From Bacteroidota bacterium (lineage in GTDB: Bacteria; Bacteroidota; Ignavibacteria; UBA10030; UBA6906): 64,000 nucleotides of DNA. The notes below the pieces were generated by a model. That model was not told the DNA's origin and made no database searches. It saw nothing but the letters and a program-made list of their open reading frames with translations. Shown in pieces: positions 48,156 through 58,760 of the stretch (position 1 is its first letter; each line of letters opens with the position of its first letter). The stretch covers positions 2,414-66,413 of the forward strand of contig DATJPR010000130.1 in NCBI GenBank assembly GCA_035506295.1. The letters are read 5' to 3'. The position numbers were made by a program, and so were the translations under genes.

Positions 48156-48731
48156 ATGATACTCGTCATCGACAACTACGACTCGTTCACGTTCAATCTC
48201 GTCCAGTTGCTCGGACGGTTCACGTCCGACATCGCCGTCCGACGCAACGATGAGATCACTCTCGACGGCATCAAGGACTTGAAGGTTGAGAGGATCCTCA
48301 TCTCTCCCGGACCTGGACGTCCGGAGGACGCCGGGATCACCGTCGATGCAATCAAGAGGTTCGCGGGGGAGATGCCGATTCTGGGGGTGTGTCTCGGCCA
48401 TCAGGCCATTGGTCAGGCGTTCGGCGGCATTGTCGTCCATGCCCGAACGCTGATGCACGGTCGCACGTCGGTGATTCATCATGATGGCCGTGGGCTGTTT
48501 GCCGGTGTCCAGGACGGTTTCACGGCGACACGCTATCACTCCCTTGTGGTCGATCGCGGGGAAATGCCGCCCGAGCTCGAGCTCACCGCGTGGACCGATG
48601 ACGGAACCGTCATGGGCGTGCGGCATCGCCGCTTTGCGGTCGAAGGAGTACAATTTCATCCCGAGTCGATCCTCACCGAAGCAGGTGCACAGATGCTCCA
48701 GAACTGGCTACAGGAGAGTCCTCACGCATGA
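48156..48731 (+). CDS. trpG: Anthranilate synthase component II (glutamine amidotransferase)
   Basis: GATase-1 catalytic triad context ILGVCLGHQA and VQFHPES. Confidence 0.95.
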   Translation: MILVIDNYDSFTFNLVQLLGRFTSDIAVRRNDEITLDGIKDLKVERILISPGPGRPEDAGITVDAIKRFAGEMPILGVCLGHQAIGQAFGGIVVHARTLMHGRTSVIHHDGRGLFAGVQDGFTATRYHSLVVDRGEMPPELELTAWTDDGTVMGVRHRRFAVEGVQFHPESILTEAGAQMLQNWLQESPHA

Positions 48732-49741
48732 AAGCCTATATCGAGAAATGCCTGACAGGTGGTAATCTGACTTCGGAGGAAGCCGCGGCCGCGCTCGACC
48801 TTATCATGACGGGCCAGGCCACGGACATTCAGATTGCAGGATTGATAGTCGCCCTCCGCGCGAAGGGAGAGACGGTGGATGAAATCGTGGGATTCGTGAA
48901 GACGATGCGGGCGCACGCCATTACGATCGCCGTCGATGATCCCGATGCGATCGACATGTGCGGCACGGGAGGTGATGGCAGGGGGACGTTCAATATCTCG
49001 ACCGTGGCGAGCCTTGTCGCTGCAGGCGCGGGAGTAACTGTGGCCAAGCACGGGAACCGCTCGGTCTCGAGTCGAAGCGGAAGCGCAGACCTGCTCATGG
49101 CGCTTGGTGTCAACATCCAGGTTCCGCCGGCCCGGGTACAGGAATGCGTGAACAGCATAGGCGTCGGGTTTCTCTTTGCACCGTTGTTTCATCCGGCGAT
49201 GAAATATGCCGGCAAACCGAGGAGCGAGCTCGGCGTGAGAACGATATTCAATATCCTCGGACCGATGACGAATCCGGCCCTGGTGCGACGTCAGCTCCTC
49301 GGGACGTTCAACAAGGAAATCGCCCCGAAACTCGCCGCCGTCCTTCAGCGGCTCGACGCTCGGAAGGTGCTCGTCGTGCACAGCGCGGATGGGATGGACG
49401 AAATCAGCATCGCAGCCGCGACGACCGGGTTTGAGGCGGAGCCGGGCAAGTCTGTCGCGGAGCGCACGATTCAGCCTCGGGACTTCGGTCTGCAAAATGG
49501 GACTGCCACCGATATGCTCGGCGGCAGCGCGGAGGAAAATGCCCGAATTGCAAAGGGCGTTCTTGATGGACACAAGACGAGGGCACGCGATGTCGTCATT
49601 GCGAACGCAGCTGCAGGGATCTACGTTGCGGGAAAAGCATCCTCTCTGGCAGAAGGGGCGACAAAGGCAACGGAGTCGATAGACTCCGGCAAAGCCCGTC
49701 AGTCTTTGTCCCGACTCATCGACCTCACGAATCGTCCATGA
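48728..49741 (+). CDS. trpD: Anthranilate phosphoribosyltransferase
   Basis: DMCGTGGDG, KHGNRSVSS and FNILGP motifs. 4-nt overlap with trpG. Confidence 0.95.
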   Translation: MKAYIEKCLTGGNLTSEEAAAALDLIMTGQATDIQIAGLIVALRAKGETVDEIVGFVKTMRAHAITIAVDDPDAIDMCGTGGDGRGTFNISTVASLVAAGAGVTVAKHGNRSVSSRSGSADLLMALGVNIQVPPARVQECVNSIGVGFLFAPLFHPAMKYAGKPRSELGVRTIFNILGPMTNPALVRRQLLGTFNKEIAPKLAAVLQRLDARKVLVVHSADGMDEISIAAATTGFEAEPGKSVAERTIQPRDFGLQNGTATDMLGGSAEENARIAKGVLDGHKTRARDVVIANAAAGIYVAGKASSLAEGATKATESIDSGKARQSLSRLIDLTNRP

Positions 49742-50532
49742 CCTTTCTCGAAACCATCCTTGAACATAAGGCAGCGGAGGTCGCACAGCGAAAGATTGCC
49801 CGGCCAATCGGGACGCTTCTTTCCGCGCGGTGGTACGGCCGATCGACGATTTCCTTGAAGGCGGCTCTTCTGAAGGCGTCTCCGGCGATCATCGCAGAAC
49901 TGAAGAAAGCATCGCCATCCAGAGGGATCATCAGACACGACTTTCGCCCGGCCGATTTTGCCCGGGCATATGAGGCGGCAGGTGCCGCGGCGATCTCTGT
50001 CTTAACCGACGAGCGGTTCTTCTCAGGTTCACTCCAGAACCTCGAAGATGCAAGGGAAGTCGTGTCGATCCCTCTTCTGCGCAAGGACTTTGTGGTGGAC
50101 GAGTACCAGCTTCATGAAGCGCGGGCACATGGTGCCGATGCAGTTCTTCTCATCGTGGCAGCCTTGTCTGCGCCACTGTTGCAGAGTCTTCTGGAATGCG
50201 CCGGCCGGATCGGACTGGATGCTCTCGTGGAAGTCCATACGGTGGGGGAAGTCGAGACGGCGTTGAGAGCGGGGGCGAAGCTCCTCGGCATCAACAATCG
50301 CGATCTGCACTCCTTTAACGTCGATCTTCGGACGACGGAAGACATCCTTCCGCACGTACCGCCGACGGTCACTCTTGTAAGCGAAAGCGGTATTGGAAGT
50401 GCCGACCAAATCCTTCGTTTGACTCGAAGCGGAGTGAGCGCATTTCTTCTGGGAGAATCTCTCATGCGGAGCGACGACCCGGGAGCGGCGCTCGCCGACC
50501 TCCTATCCTCGGTACGGGAGAGGATGAAATGA
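49738..50532 (+). CDS. trpC: Indole-3-glycerol phosphate synthase
   Basis: IIAELKKASPSRG, LRKDF, GINNRDL motifs. 4-nt overlap with trpD. Confidence 0.95.
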   Translation: MTFLETILEHKAAEVAQRKIARPIGTLLSARWYGRSTISLKAALLKASPAIIAELKKASPSRGIIRHDFRPADFARAYEAAGAAAISVLTDERFFSGSLQNLEDAREVVSIPLLRKDFVVDEYQLHEARAHGADAVLLIVAALSAPLLQSLLECAGRIGLDALVEVHTVGEVETALRAGAKLLGINNRDLHSFNVDLRTTEDILPHVPPTVTLVSESGIGSADQILRLTRSGVSAFLLGESLMRSDDPGAALADLLSSVRERMK

Positions 50533-51170
50533 GAACGCGTGTGAAAGTCTGCGGCATCACCAGAGTAGGCGACGCTCTTGACGCTGTGGAGATGGGGGCC
50601 GATGCCGTAGGGTTTATCTTCTATCATGGAAGTCGGAGAGAAGCGTCGCAGAGCGTTGCCCGGGAAGTCGCGAAACGGCTCCCGGCATTTGTTACTCCGG
50701 TGGGCGTGTTTGTGAACGCCGACGCGCCGACGATCAAATCGGTTGCCGAGGAAACCGGCATCCGAGCGGTTCAGCTTCATGGCAGAGAGCCGATGGCATT
50801 GATTGCTTCGCTCACACTTCCCGTGATCAGAGTGGTGCGAGAGTTGGACGAACAAGAACTCGATTCCATCGGCAACATGCAGGGAGTGAGTTTCCTCGTC
50901 GATACCGCAGATGCACAAGAGTTTGGAGGTACCGGAAGACTGTCGGACTGGAATGTCGCCTCGCGGCTCAAGAAATGGGGACCGGTGATTTTGAGTGGAG
51001 GGCTTACAGCGGAAAATGTTGGCGAGGGAATCCGGAGCGTGCAACCGTATGCCGTGGATGTGAGCAGCGGTGTGGAAAGCGAACCGGGGAAGAAAGACGT
51101 CGGTAAGATCGCAGAGTTTGTCCAGGCGGTGCACCAAGCGGACCTTTTCCGCCAGGGCTCCGTCCGCTAA
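50529..51170 (+). CDS. trpF: Phosphoribosylanthranilate isomerase
   Basis: VKVCGIT, VQLHG and SGGL patterns. 4-nt overlap with trpC. Confidence 0.9.
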   Translation: MRTRVKVCGITRVGDALDAVEMGADAVGFIFYHGSRREASQSVAREVAKRLPAFVTPVGVFVNADAPTIKSVAEETGIRAVQLHGREPMALIASLTLPVIRVVRELDEQELDSIGNMQGVSFLVDTADAQEFGGTGRLSDWNVASRLKKWGPVILSGGLTAENVGEGIRSVQPYAVDVSSGVESEPGKKDVGKIAEFVQAVHQADLFRQGSVR

Positions 51171-51188
51171 CACGTCAGGAACACTACC

Positions 51189-52220
51189 ATGCTCGTGCTT
51201 ATGAAGACAGGCGCGACTCAGGACGAGATCGCGCGAGTCAAGGAAAAGATTCGGTCGTTGGGGTTCACGGCCCACGTGATCCCCGGCGCTCAAAGGGTGG
51301 CGATCGGAATCACGGGAAACAAGGGAAAGCTCGACCCGGAACTCTTCTCGACCCTTGCAGGCGTCGAGGATGCGGTGCCGGTGACGAAACCCTATAAGCT
51401 CGTTGGACGGGACGCGAAGCAGGAATCGTCACAAATAGAAGTCGGAGATTGTCGGATCGGTGGAAAGAAACTTGCGATCATGGCGGGCCCTTGCTCGGTC
51501 GAAAATCGAGACCAGATTTTAACTATCGCAAGGGAAGTGAAGGCCGCGGGCGCGCAATTCCTCAGGGGTGGAGCGTTCAAGCCGCGTTCCTCACCCTATT
51601 CCTTCCAGGGAATGAAGGAGGAAGGATTGGTGCTTCTCCGGGAGGCGAAGCGCGAGACGGGCTTGAAGATCGTCACGGAGGCGAAGGACGTTCTCACGCT
51701 TCCTGCAGTTGCGGAAGTGGCGGACGTGATTCAGATCGGAACCCGGAATATGAGCAACTATTCCCTGCTCGAAGCTGTGGGCGATCTGCGGATTCCCGTG
51801 CTGCTCAAACGCGGCGTTGCCGCCACGATCGAGGAGCTCTTGATGGCCGCCGAGTATATCCTCGCGCGGGGGAATCTCAGCGTCGTCCTGTGCGAACGGG
51901 GAATCCGCACGTTTGAGACGGCAACGCGCAACACGCTCGATCTGAATGCAATTCCTGTGTTGAAGAAGCTTTCCCATCTCCCGGTGATCGTGGACCCGAG
52001 CCATGGGATCGGCATGTGGGAAGGCGTTCCTGCGATGGCCCTCGCCGCGATCGCCGCCGGCGCCGACGGCCTGCTCATCGAGGTCCATAATGATCCGGCC
52101 AATGCCCTGTCCGACGGTTATCAATCACTCAAGATCAATCGATTCCGCAATCTCATGAATACCGTACGTCAACTCGCACCGATTGTCGACCGCACCATGG
52201 ACGAAGAGGAGGGTGGGTGA
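51189..52220 (+). CDS. aroF: 3-deoxy-7-phosphoheptulonate (DAHP) synthase, type I-beta with N-terminal ferredoxin/ACT-like regulatory domain
   Basis: 343 aa. An N-terminal ~65-aa domain ([26 protein letters not shown]), then a KdsA/DAHPS-I-beta barrel ([31 protein letters not shown]). Its stop overlaps the trpB start. Confidence 0.9.
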   Translation: MLVLMKTGATQDEIARVKEKIRSLGFTAHVIPGAQRVAIGITGNKGKLDPELFSTLAGVEDAVPVTKPYKLVGRDAKQESSQIEVGDCRIGGKKLAIMAGPCSVENRDQILTIAREVKAAGAQFLRGGAFKPRSSPYSFQGMKEEGLVLLREAKRETGLKIVTEAKDVLTLPAVAEVADVIQIGTRNMSNYSLLEAVGDLRIPVLLKRGVAATIEELLMAAEYILARGNLSVVLCERGIRTFETATRNTLDLNAIPVLKKLSHLPVIVDPSHGIGMWEGVPAMALAAIAAGADGLLIEVHNDPANALSDGYQSLKINRFRNLMNTVRQLAPIVDRTMDEEEGG

Positions 52221-53419
52221 TGGCAACGGAGCCGAAATACTCTCTTCCTGACGGCCGCGGCTACTTTGGTGCATACGGCGGCAGATTCGTCCCGGAGACG
52301 CTGATCTCCGCTTTGGACGAATTGACCATCCTCTATGAGCACGCGAAGAGCGATCCTGCCTTCGACCACGAATTCCGGGAGATGCTCCGCACCTACGCCG
52401 GGCGGCCAACCCCGTTGACCTTCGCGGACCGGCTCACGCAACACTACGGGCGTGGGAGAATTTACATGAAGAGGGAAGACCTGTGCCATACGGGAGCGCA
52501 CAAGATCAACAATACGATCGGTCAGATTCTCCTGGCGAAGCGATCGGGAAAGAAGCGCATTATCGCGGAGACGGGGGCCGGTCAGCATGGTGTCGCGACT
52601 GCCACGGTGGCGGCAAAGATGGGCCTTCCGTGTGTCGTCTACATGGGTGAAGAAGACATTACGCGCCAACATCTGAATGTCTTGCGCATGAAAATGCTCG
52701 GGGCGGAGGTCAGGCCCGTTTCTTCGGGCAGCAGGACACTGAAGGATGCGACCAGCGAGGCGATTCGCGACTGGGTCACGAATGTGGAAGACACGTTTTA
52801 TATCATCGGCTCAGTTGTCGGGCCGCATCCGTATCCCATGATGGTTCGCGATTTCCAATCGGTGATCGGCGTCGAGACCCGCGATCAGATGAAGGACATC
52901 GAAGGAAAACTCCCCGACTTCCTTGTCGCTTGCGTCGGCGGTGGAAGCAATGCCATCGGCATGTTTCATCCCTTCCTGGATTCGCCTGTCGCCATGATCG
53001 GCGTCGAAGCGGCCGGGCGCGGGCTTTCGACAGGGCAGCACGCAGCGACGTTGAATCTCGGTAAGCCGGGAGTCCTTCATGGGGCGTTCAGCTATCTCTT
53101 GCAGGACGAAGATGGCCAGGTCCAGCTCGCCCACTCGATTTCCGCCGGGCTGGATTATCCCGGCGTGGGCCCGGAACACAGCGCGTTGAAGGACTCCGGG
53201 AGGGTCAGATATTCCACTGCGGACGACAACGAAGCGGTCGAAGCAGCCCACCGTCTCGCCCGACTCGAAGGGATCATTCCCGCCCTTGAATCCGCGCACG
53301 CATTTGCCGAGCTGGAACGCCTCATGCCACAAACCCGAAACGATGAACTCGTGGTGGTCAATCTCTCTGGAAGGGGAGACAAGGATATCGCGACTCTCAC
53401 GGAGGGTATGGCCTCATGA
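52217..53419 (+). CDS. trpB: Tryptophan synthase beta chain
   Basis: HTGAHKINN (PLP lysine), [19 protein letters not shown]. Start at GTG 52217 or ATG 52220. Confidence 0.95.
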   Translation: MMATEPKYSLPDGRGYFGAYGGRFVPETLISALDELTILYEHAKSDPAFDHEFREMLRTYAGRPTPLTFADRLTQHYGRGRIYMKREDLCHTGAHKINNTIGQILLAKRSGKKRIIAETGAGQHGVATATVAAKMGLPCVVYMGEEDITRQHLNVLRMKMLGAEVRPVSSGSRTLKDATSEAIRDWVTNVEDTFYIIGSVVGPHPYPMMVRDFQSVIGVETRDQMKDIEGKLPDFLVACVGGGSNAIGMFHPFLDSPVAMIGVEAAGRGLSTGQHAATLNLGKPGVLHGAFSYLLQDEDGQVQLAHSISAGLDYPGVGPEHSALKDSGRVRYSTADDNEAVEAAHRLARLEGIIPALESAHAFAELERLMPQTRNDELVVVNLSGRGDKDIATLTEGMAS

Positions 53420-54213
53420 GCAGAATCGCCGGTACCTTCCGCGATCTGAAGAAAGAAGGAGGAAAGGCCCTAACGTTGTTCCTCACATCGGGATTTCCCG
53501 GAAGAGAGAGCGTACGCTCGATCGTCCCATCACTCGTCGAGGCCGGAGCGGACATGATCGAACTCGGGATGCCGTTTTCCGATCCGCTGGCCGATGGTCC
53601 CGTTATTCAAGAAAGCTCTACGGTTGCTCTTCGCAACGGCACCACACTCAAGCATGTCCTTGAGGATGTGGAGCACATCCGCGCCGGAACGCAAGTGCCT
53701 CTCCTCCTCATGGGTTACGTGAACCCTCTCCTGCGATATGGCATGGAGAATTTCGCGCGGGACGCGGCCTCTGCGGGGATCGACGGCCTGATATTGCCGG
53801 AAGTCCCGCTGGAGGAAACCGGGCGATTCGCGGAGGAGCTCAGCAAAAACCGTCTCGATCAGATTCTCCTGGTAACGCCCACAACACCCCGGGAAAGAAT
53901 TCAAGCAATCGACCGGGCGTCGTCTGGCTTTGTCTACTGCGTCTCCACGACCGGGGTGACCGGACGCAAGGCGACGGTGGCCGGCGGGTATCTCGCTTCA
54001 GTCAGGTCGCTTGTTGTCCGCAACCCCCTGCAGGTCGGGTTCGGCATCACGGGGCCGGAAGATGCCAGAGCGGCCGCGGCACATGCCGACGGCATCATCG
54101 TGGGATCGGCTCTGGTCCGAAAACTCAGAGACGGGATTCCGGAGTCACAGCTCGCTGCGTGGGTGAGGTCGTTGAAGGCAGCGGTGGCGGGTGTGGCAGA
54201 CAGTAGACAGTAA
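53416..54213 (+). CDS. trpA: Tryptophan synthase alpha chain
   Basis: [17 protein letters not shown], and GFGI with the C-terminal pattern. 4-nt overlap with trpB. Confidence 0.95.
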   Translation: MSRIAGTFRDLKKEGGKALTLFLTSGFPGRESVRSIVPSLVEAGADMIELGMPFSDPLADGPVIQESSTVALRNGTTLKHVLEDVEHIRAGTQVPLLLMGYVNPLLRYGMENFARDAASAGIDGLILPEVPLEETGRFAEELSKNRLDQILLVTPTTPRERIQAIDRASSGFVYCVSTTGVTGRKATVAGGYLASVRSLVVRNPLQVGFGITGPEDARAAAAHADGIIVGSALVRKLRDGIPESQLAAWVRSLKAAVAGVADSRQ

Positions 54214-54288
54214 ACAGTAAACAGTCGACCGGGATGGTCGCGGTAAGCGATGCGTTGATTTCTGCTACGATTTTCGGTATACTTCCGG

Positions 54289-55179
54289 ATGCGATTCGCG
54301 GGTGAATTCTTTGCGCTCCTTACTGCCTTGCTCTGGTCCGTGAGCGCATTGATCTTCGCGGCAGCTGCCAGGCGTATATCATCCTTTCATGTCAATGTCC
54401 TCCGCCTCCTGATCGCAGAAATATTTTTCGCGGCGTATCTTCTTCTTCGCCCTTCGTTATTGACGTTGTCGATCACTCAACTTTTCTACTTGTCCTTAAG
54501 CGGGATCGTAGGATTGTCACTCGGCGACACGTTCCTTTTCCGCGCATTTCAAGAAATCGGTGCCCGGGTGTCGATGTTGCTCATGACTCTCGCCCCCGCT
54601 ATCGGAGCAGCTCTCGCAGCGGTTTTTCTCCACGAGTCTCTTGGTTTCTGGTCGATTATCGGCATGGGGACCACGCTGGCCGGCGTGTCGCTCGTTGTCT
54701 TTGAACGCACACCTGCGGGCGGGGCGCGCTTTGCCATAAGCGTGCGGGGAATTGTTCTCGGCGTTCTGGGCGCAGCCGGACAAGGGATCGGCCTCATCCT
54801 GGCGAAAGTCGCGTTTCGCGAAAACCCGATTGACGGGTTCGCTGCATCAGCGGTGAGGATCTTCGCTGGAATCGCCCTTCTGGTTCTTGGAGCTGTCGTG
54901 ACACGCCGTCCGGTGTTCCCCCGGCTCAAAGACCGGGGGACGAACAAGATGCTGGCTCTTCTGTCCATCGGAGCTTTTTTCGGATCGTTCCTGGGTATTT
55001 CGACAAGTTTCATCTCGGTGACGCTGACGTCAGTCGGCGTGTCTTCCACCATCATGGCGACCGTCCCCGTGCTCATGCTTCCGCTTGCATGGATTGTGTA
55101 TCGTGAGGCAATTCATTGGAAGGCAGTCGCCGGCGCTTGCACGGCTGTTGCGGGCGTTTCACTTCTCTTCATCCAATAG
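54289..55179 (+). CDS. DMT superfamily (EamA-like) transporter
   Basis: 296 aa with 10 predicted TM helices arranged as two EamA-like halves. Confidence 0.8.
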   Translation: MRFAGEFFALLTALLWSVSALIFAAAARRISSFHVNVLRLLIAEIFFAAYLLLRPSLLTLSITQLFYLSLSGIVGLSLGDTFLFRAFQEIGARVSMLLMTLAPAIGAALAAVFLHESLGFWSIIGMGTTLAGVSLVVFERTPAGGARFAISVRGIVLGVLGAAGQGIGLILAKVAFRENPIDGFAASAVRIFAGIALLVLGAVVTRRPVFPRLKDRGTNKMLALLSIGAFFGSFLGISTSFISVTLTSVGVSSTIMATVPVLMLPLAWIVYREAIHWKAVAGACTAVAGVSLLFIQ

Positions 55180-55207
55180 TTTATCCCGGAGTTTTTCCGT
55201 GCGGAAC

Positions 55208-57745
55208 ATGTGCCGGGTCGTTGGCGCGATTGCCCTCTCCTGCATGTTCTCTCCTGCAGTGCACGCCGCAAGTGACCCTGCTCTTGACACCGTAACGCTC
55301 GAATTACGCTGGAACCATCAGTTCCAATTCGCCGGCTATTATGCCGCAGAGGCGAAGGGCATCTACCGTGAATTCGGCCTCGACGTCAGAATCCGGCCGG
55401 AGCCCCATGGCGATGCCGGGACTGCCAACGTGATCTCAGGAAAATCGGAGTTCGGAATCGGCGGCGACGATCTGCTCCTGAGACGGCTCCAGGGTGAACC
55501 CATCGTTGCGCTTGCCGCGATATTCCAACACTCCGCGCATGCACTCGCGGTGCGGGCCAGCACCAATATCCTCAGGCCGGAAGACCTCGTGGGAAAGCGG
55601 ATCATGGCCAATCTTCACCGGGATTCCGACATTCGCGCCATGCTGCTCCACCAGCATGTCAACATCGACTCCGTGCATTTCGTCGACGAGCCATGGAATC
55701 TCGAGAAGTTCATTCATGGCGATGTCGACGCCATCTCCTGCTATGTCACGACGCAAGAATTTGACCTTCGCCGCCGCGGGATCGGCTACCGGCTGCTCCA
55801 TCCCATCGACTTCGGCATCGATTTCTACGGGGACATCCTCTACACCTCGGAAGACCTCGTCCAACACCGACCGGAGCTTGTGGAAGCATTCCGGCGTGCA
55901 TCCCTCCTCGGGTGGCGCTATGCCATGGACCATCAGGAAGAAATCATCCGGGAAATCATCGCGGAATATTCCACGCCGGAGCATCCGCTGACCTACGAGA
56001 GCCTGGCTTTCGAAGCGGCCTCGATGCAGCGGTTGATTCTTCCCGAGCTTGTCGAGATCGGCACGATGAGCGAGAGCCGCTGGCAAAGAATCTACGAGGA
56101 ATACCGTCAGCTTGGCATGGCGACGGGAAACGCGCGTCTTGACCAGTTCATTTACGCGACGGTGAGGCCGCCCGACCTCGGATGGGTTCGCTGGGCCACG
56201 GCGATCGTTGTCGTGACCTTTCTGCTGGCGGGATGGATCCTGTACTGGAATTTCATGCTTCGCAGACAGGTCCGCAAGCGTACGTTTGACCTTGAGGACC
56301 GGAACAGTCTTCTCGCCCGCGAGATCGATATGCGGAAGAGAGTGGAAGGGGCATTGCGGGAGAGCGAGCAGCGGCTTCGCAGCCTTGTCGACGGTCTCCC
56401 GGATCTCGTCCTCTTCCGAAGCGCGACCGGCCAATGGACCGAAGCCAACCTCTTTGCGCGGGATTTGCTCGGCATCACCGCAGAAGCGAACGACCCCTTC
56501 GGGGCTCTTTCGGACTCGGCGCTGCTGTTCCTCCGCCGTGAGGAACAACAACAAGAGAACCTTGTGACAGACGGTGCCGTCCATCGGAGCGAAGAGGTGT
56601 TGATTCCTGCACGCGGCTCACCACTCGTCATGGATATGATCCGGGTGCCGATCCGCGGTCCGGCAGGAGAAGCGATGGGGATTGTCGTCATCGGCAGGGA
56701 TATGACGAAGCGGAAGAAGGCGGAAGCAGGTCTCGCCGAGGTCAACCAGACCCTGAATGCGATCCTCAGCGCTTCGCCGATCGCCATCGTGGCGATCGAC
56801 CGGGAGAAGGTGGTCGTCCAGTGGAATGCCGCAGCCGAGTCGCTCTTCGGATGGACTGCCAGGGAGGTGATTGGGCACCCGATGCCGTTCGTGCCGCAGG
56901 ACCGCTCTTACGAGTATGGGTCATTGACCGATCGACTGGTGGATGGGGGGGCATACGTCGGCCGGATCCTGCAGAGCGTCCGGAAAGACGGAACACGGCT
57001 CAATTTGTTCTCCTCTGCGGCATCCCTGAAGAGCGCGGCGGGTCAAACCATCGGCGCGGTGGTGATGTTCGTGGATATCACGGAGACGCTGAAGGTGCAG
57101 GACGAGCTCCGCCGCTCACTGAATGAGAAGGAAGTTCTGCTCAAGGAGATCCATCACCGCGTCAAGAACAACTTGCAGGTGATATCGAGCCTGCTGAGCT
57201 TGCAGTCGGAGAGGATTCGCGACAAGGAAGCGCAGGACGTGTTCAAAGACAGTCAGAACCGCGTCCGATCCATGGCGATGATCCACGAACGGCTCTACCG
57301 TTCGCAGGATCTCGCTCATGTGGATTTCGGTGAGTATGTCCGGAGTCTTTCCATATCGCTCTTCAACTCCTATCGGACTGCGTTGCCCCGCGTGACATGC
57401 GACATCGCCGTCGAGGACATGCAGGTGGACGTCGATATCGCCGTCCCGTGCGGGCTTGTCTTGAACGAGCTTATTTCCAACGCGCTGAAGTATGCCTACC
57501 CGGGAGGATCGGCGGGTGTCATCAGCGTGCGACTCCGCGAGGTCGCACCTTTTATGGTCGAACTCGCGATCGAAGATGACGGCGTGGGTCTCCCCCCGGG
57601 GATCGACCTCAAAGATGGGACATCGCTAGGGTATCAGCTGGTCCATCTGCTGGTGGCACAGCTCGGTGGGAACATCGAGGTGAAATCCGACCACGGGGTC
57701 CACGTGACCGTGACATTCTTGACCACCCGCCAGAAGCCATCGTAG
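55208..57745 (+). CDS. Sensor histidine kinase with periplasmic NMT1/SsuA-like solute-binding domain, TM, PAS-PAS, HisKA_2, HATPase
   Basis: Start at MCRVVGAIALSCMFSPAVHA (signal-like). LRWNHQFQFAGYYAAEAKGIY is typical of NMT1/THI5-like SBP domains. H-box IHHRVKNNLQVISSLLSLQ. ATPase LNELISNALKYA. Confidence 0.85.
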   Translation: MCRVVGAIALSCMFSPAVHAASDPALDTVTLELRWNHQFQFAGYYAAEAKGIYREFGLDVRIRPEPHGDAGTANVISGKSEFGIGGDDLLLRRLQGEPIVALAAIFQHSAHALAVRASTNILRPEDLVGKRIMANLHRDSDIRAMLLHQHVNIDSVHFVDEPWNLEKFIHGDVDAISCYVTTQEFDLRRRGIGYRLLHPIDFGIDFYGDILYTSEDLVQHRPELVEAFRRASLLGWRYAMDHQEEIIREIIAEYSTPEHPLTYESLAFEAASMQRLILPELVEIGTMSESRWQRIYEEYRQLGMATGNARLDQFIYATVRPPDLGWVRWATAIVVVTFLLAGWILYWNFMLRRQVRKRTFDLEDRNSLLAREIDMRKRVEGALRESEQRLRSLVDGLPDLVLFRSATGQWTEANLFARDLLGITAEANDPFGALSDSALLFLRREEQQQENLVTDGAVHRSEEVLIPARGSPLVMDMIRVPIRGPAGEAMGIVVIGRDMTKRKKAEAGLAEVNQTLNAILSASPIAIVAIDREKVVVQWNAAAESLFGWTAREVIGHPMPFVPQDRSYEYGSLTDRLVDGGAYVGRILQSVRKDGTRLNLFSSAASLKSAAGQTIGAVVMFVDITETLKVQDELRRSLNEKEVLLKEIHHRVKNNLQVISSLLSLQSERIRDKEAQDVFKDSQNRVRSMAMIHERLYRSQDLAHVDFGEYVRSLSISLFNSYRTALPRVTCDIAVEDMQVDVDIAVPCGLVLNELISNALKYAYPGGSAGVISVRLREVAPFMVELAIEDDGVGLPPGIDLKDGTSLGYQLVHLLVAQLGGNIEVKSDHGVHVTVTFLTTRQKPS

Positions 57746-57751
57746 CGATCG

Positions 57752-58672
57752 CTACGACTGGGCTTGAAGGTCTTTCAGTCTCCGGAAAAGCGTTTCTTCC
57801 TCTTCGGTGAGCGACCGCGGAATTTCGATCGTAAGCGTCACATACAGATCGCCGAAACGGTCCTGCTCTTCGTACAGCGGCATCCCGAGACCGGCAAGTC
57901 GGAAGACCTTCCCATTCTGACTCCCGGCAGGGATCGTAATTTTCGCCGTCCCTTTGAACGTCGACACCGTGCACGTTCCGCCGAGCACGGCGGTAACAAG
58001 GGGAACGGTCAGGTTCGCCCAGAGGTCATCGCCCTTCCGTTCGAACCGTGGATCGGGAAGGATTTTGATCGTGAGATACAGATCTCCCGCAGCCCCGCCG
58101 CGCGACCCCGCATTGCCTTTGCCTGAAAGGCGCAGAACGGTCCCGTCCGCGATCCCGGGCTTGAGATGGACGCGGAGAGCCCGGTCGAGGATTTCAAACG
58201 TGCGAGCGGTTCCCTCATACGCCTCCTGCAAGGTCAGGTTCAGCGTCGCCTGAACATCCCGCCCCTTGCGATGCGTCGTCTGCCTCGCGCTTTGTCGCCC
58301 CGCCTGCCCGAAGAGGATCTCGAAGAAATCGCTGAATCCTTGTCCGCCGAATGGTTCTTCGTACTCTCCTCCGCCGCCCCAACCCTGACGGGTATTGGTA
58401 TAGCGGCTCCAGTCAAAGTGATCCGCCGTCGGGCCCGCGTTCTGATACCGCTGCCAGTCCGAGCCGAAAGCGTCATATTTCCGCTTCTTTTCAGGATCGC
58501 TCAGCACTTCGTGCGCTTCGTTGATTTCCTTGAACCGCTCTTCGGAATTCTTGTCCCCTTTGTTCTTGTCGGGGTGATAGCGGACGGCGAGCTTTCGATA
58601 TGCTTTTCGGATTTCCTCGGGTGATGCGCTTCGCTCTACTCCGAGGATCTTATAGTAATCCTTGTATTCCAT
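57752..58672 (-). CDS. cbpA: DnaJ-class co-chaperone lacking the zinc-finger (CbpA-like)
   Basis: J domain with YHPDKN, G/F-rich linker, two C-terminal beta domains, no CxxCxGxG repeats. Confidence 0.8.
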   Translation of the reverse strand: MEYKDYYKILGVERSASPEEIRKAYRKLAVRYHPDKNKGDKNSEERFKEINEAHEVLSDPEKKRKYDAFGSDWQRYQNAGPTADHFDWSRYTNTRQGWGGGGEYEEPFGGQGFSDFFEILFGQAGRQSARQTTHRKGRDVQATLNLTLQEAYEGTARTFEILDRALRVHLKPGIADGTVLRLSGKGNAGSRGGAAGDLYLTIKILPDPRFERKGDDLWANLTVPLVTAVLGGTCTVSTFKGTAKITIPAGSQNGKVFRLAGLGMPLYEEQDRFGDLYVTLTIEIPRSLTEEEETLFRRLKDLQAQS

Positions 58673-58731
58673 GAGAGGATGAAGGTCGGTGGCTATGCGA
58701 TGGAAGGTGGTCCGGGGATGTGATCACTTTT

Positions 58732-58760
58732 ATGGTACCAATTTTCGCGTCGCATGTCAA
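58732..58760 (-). promoter_or_regulatory. Possible sigma70-like promoter for cbpA (TTGACA-17 nt-TACCAT on minus strand)
   Basis: Read directly from the reverse complement, about 60 nt upstream of the ATG at 58672. Confidence 0.3.

Noticed and set aside
47511-51293. Long minus-strand ORFs of 382, 361 and 393 aa (47511-48659, 48722-49807, 50112-51293) opposite trpE/G, trpD and trpC/F.
   Set aside because: The plus strand encodes unmistakable Trp enzymes with coupled junctions. The antisense products are Arg/Pro/Ser/His-rich low-complexity sequences, typical of stop-codon-poor shadow frames in GC-rich DNA.
54190-54235. Short tandem repeat ACAGTAGACAGTAAACAGTAAACAGT at the trpA stop, and a 5-bp hairpin CGACC-gggat-GGTCG.
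   Set aside because: Only about 3 imperfect copies of a 7-mer, with no T-run after the hairpin. Too weak to call a repeat element or terminator.
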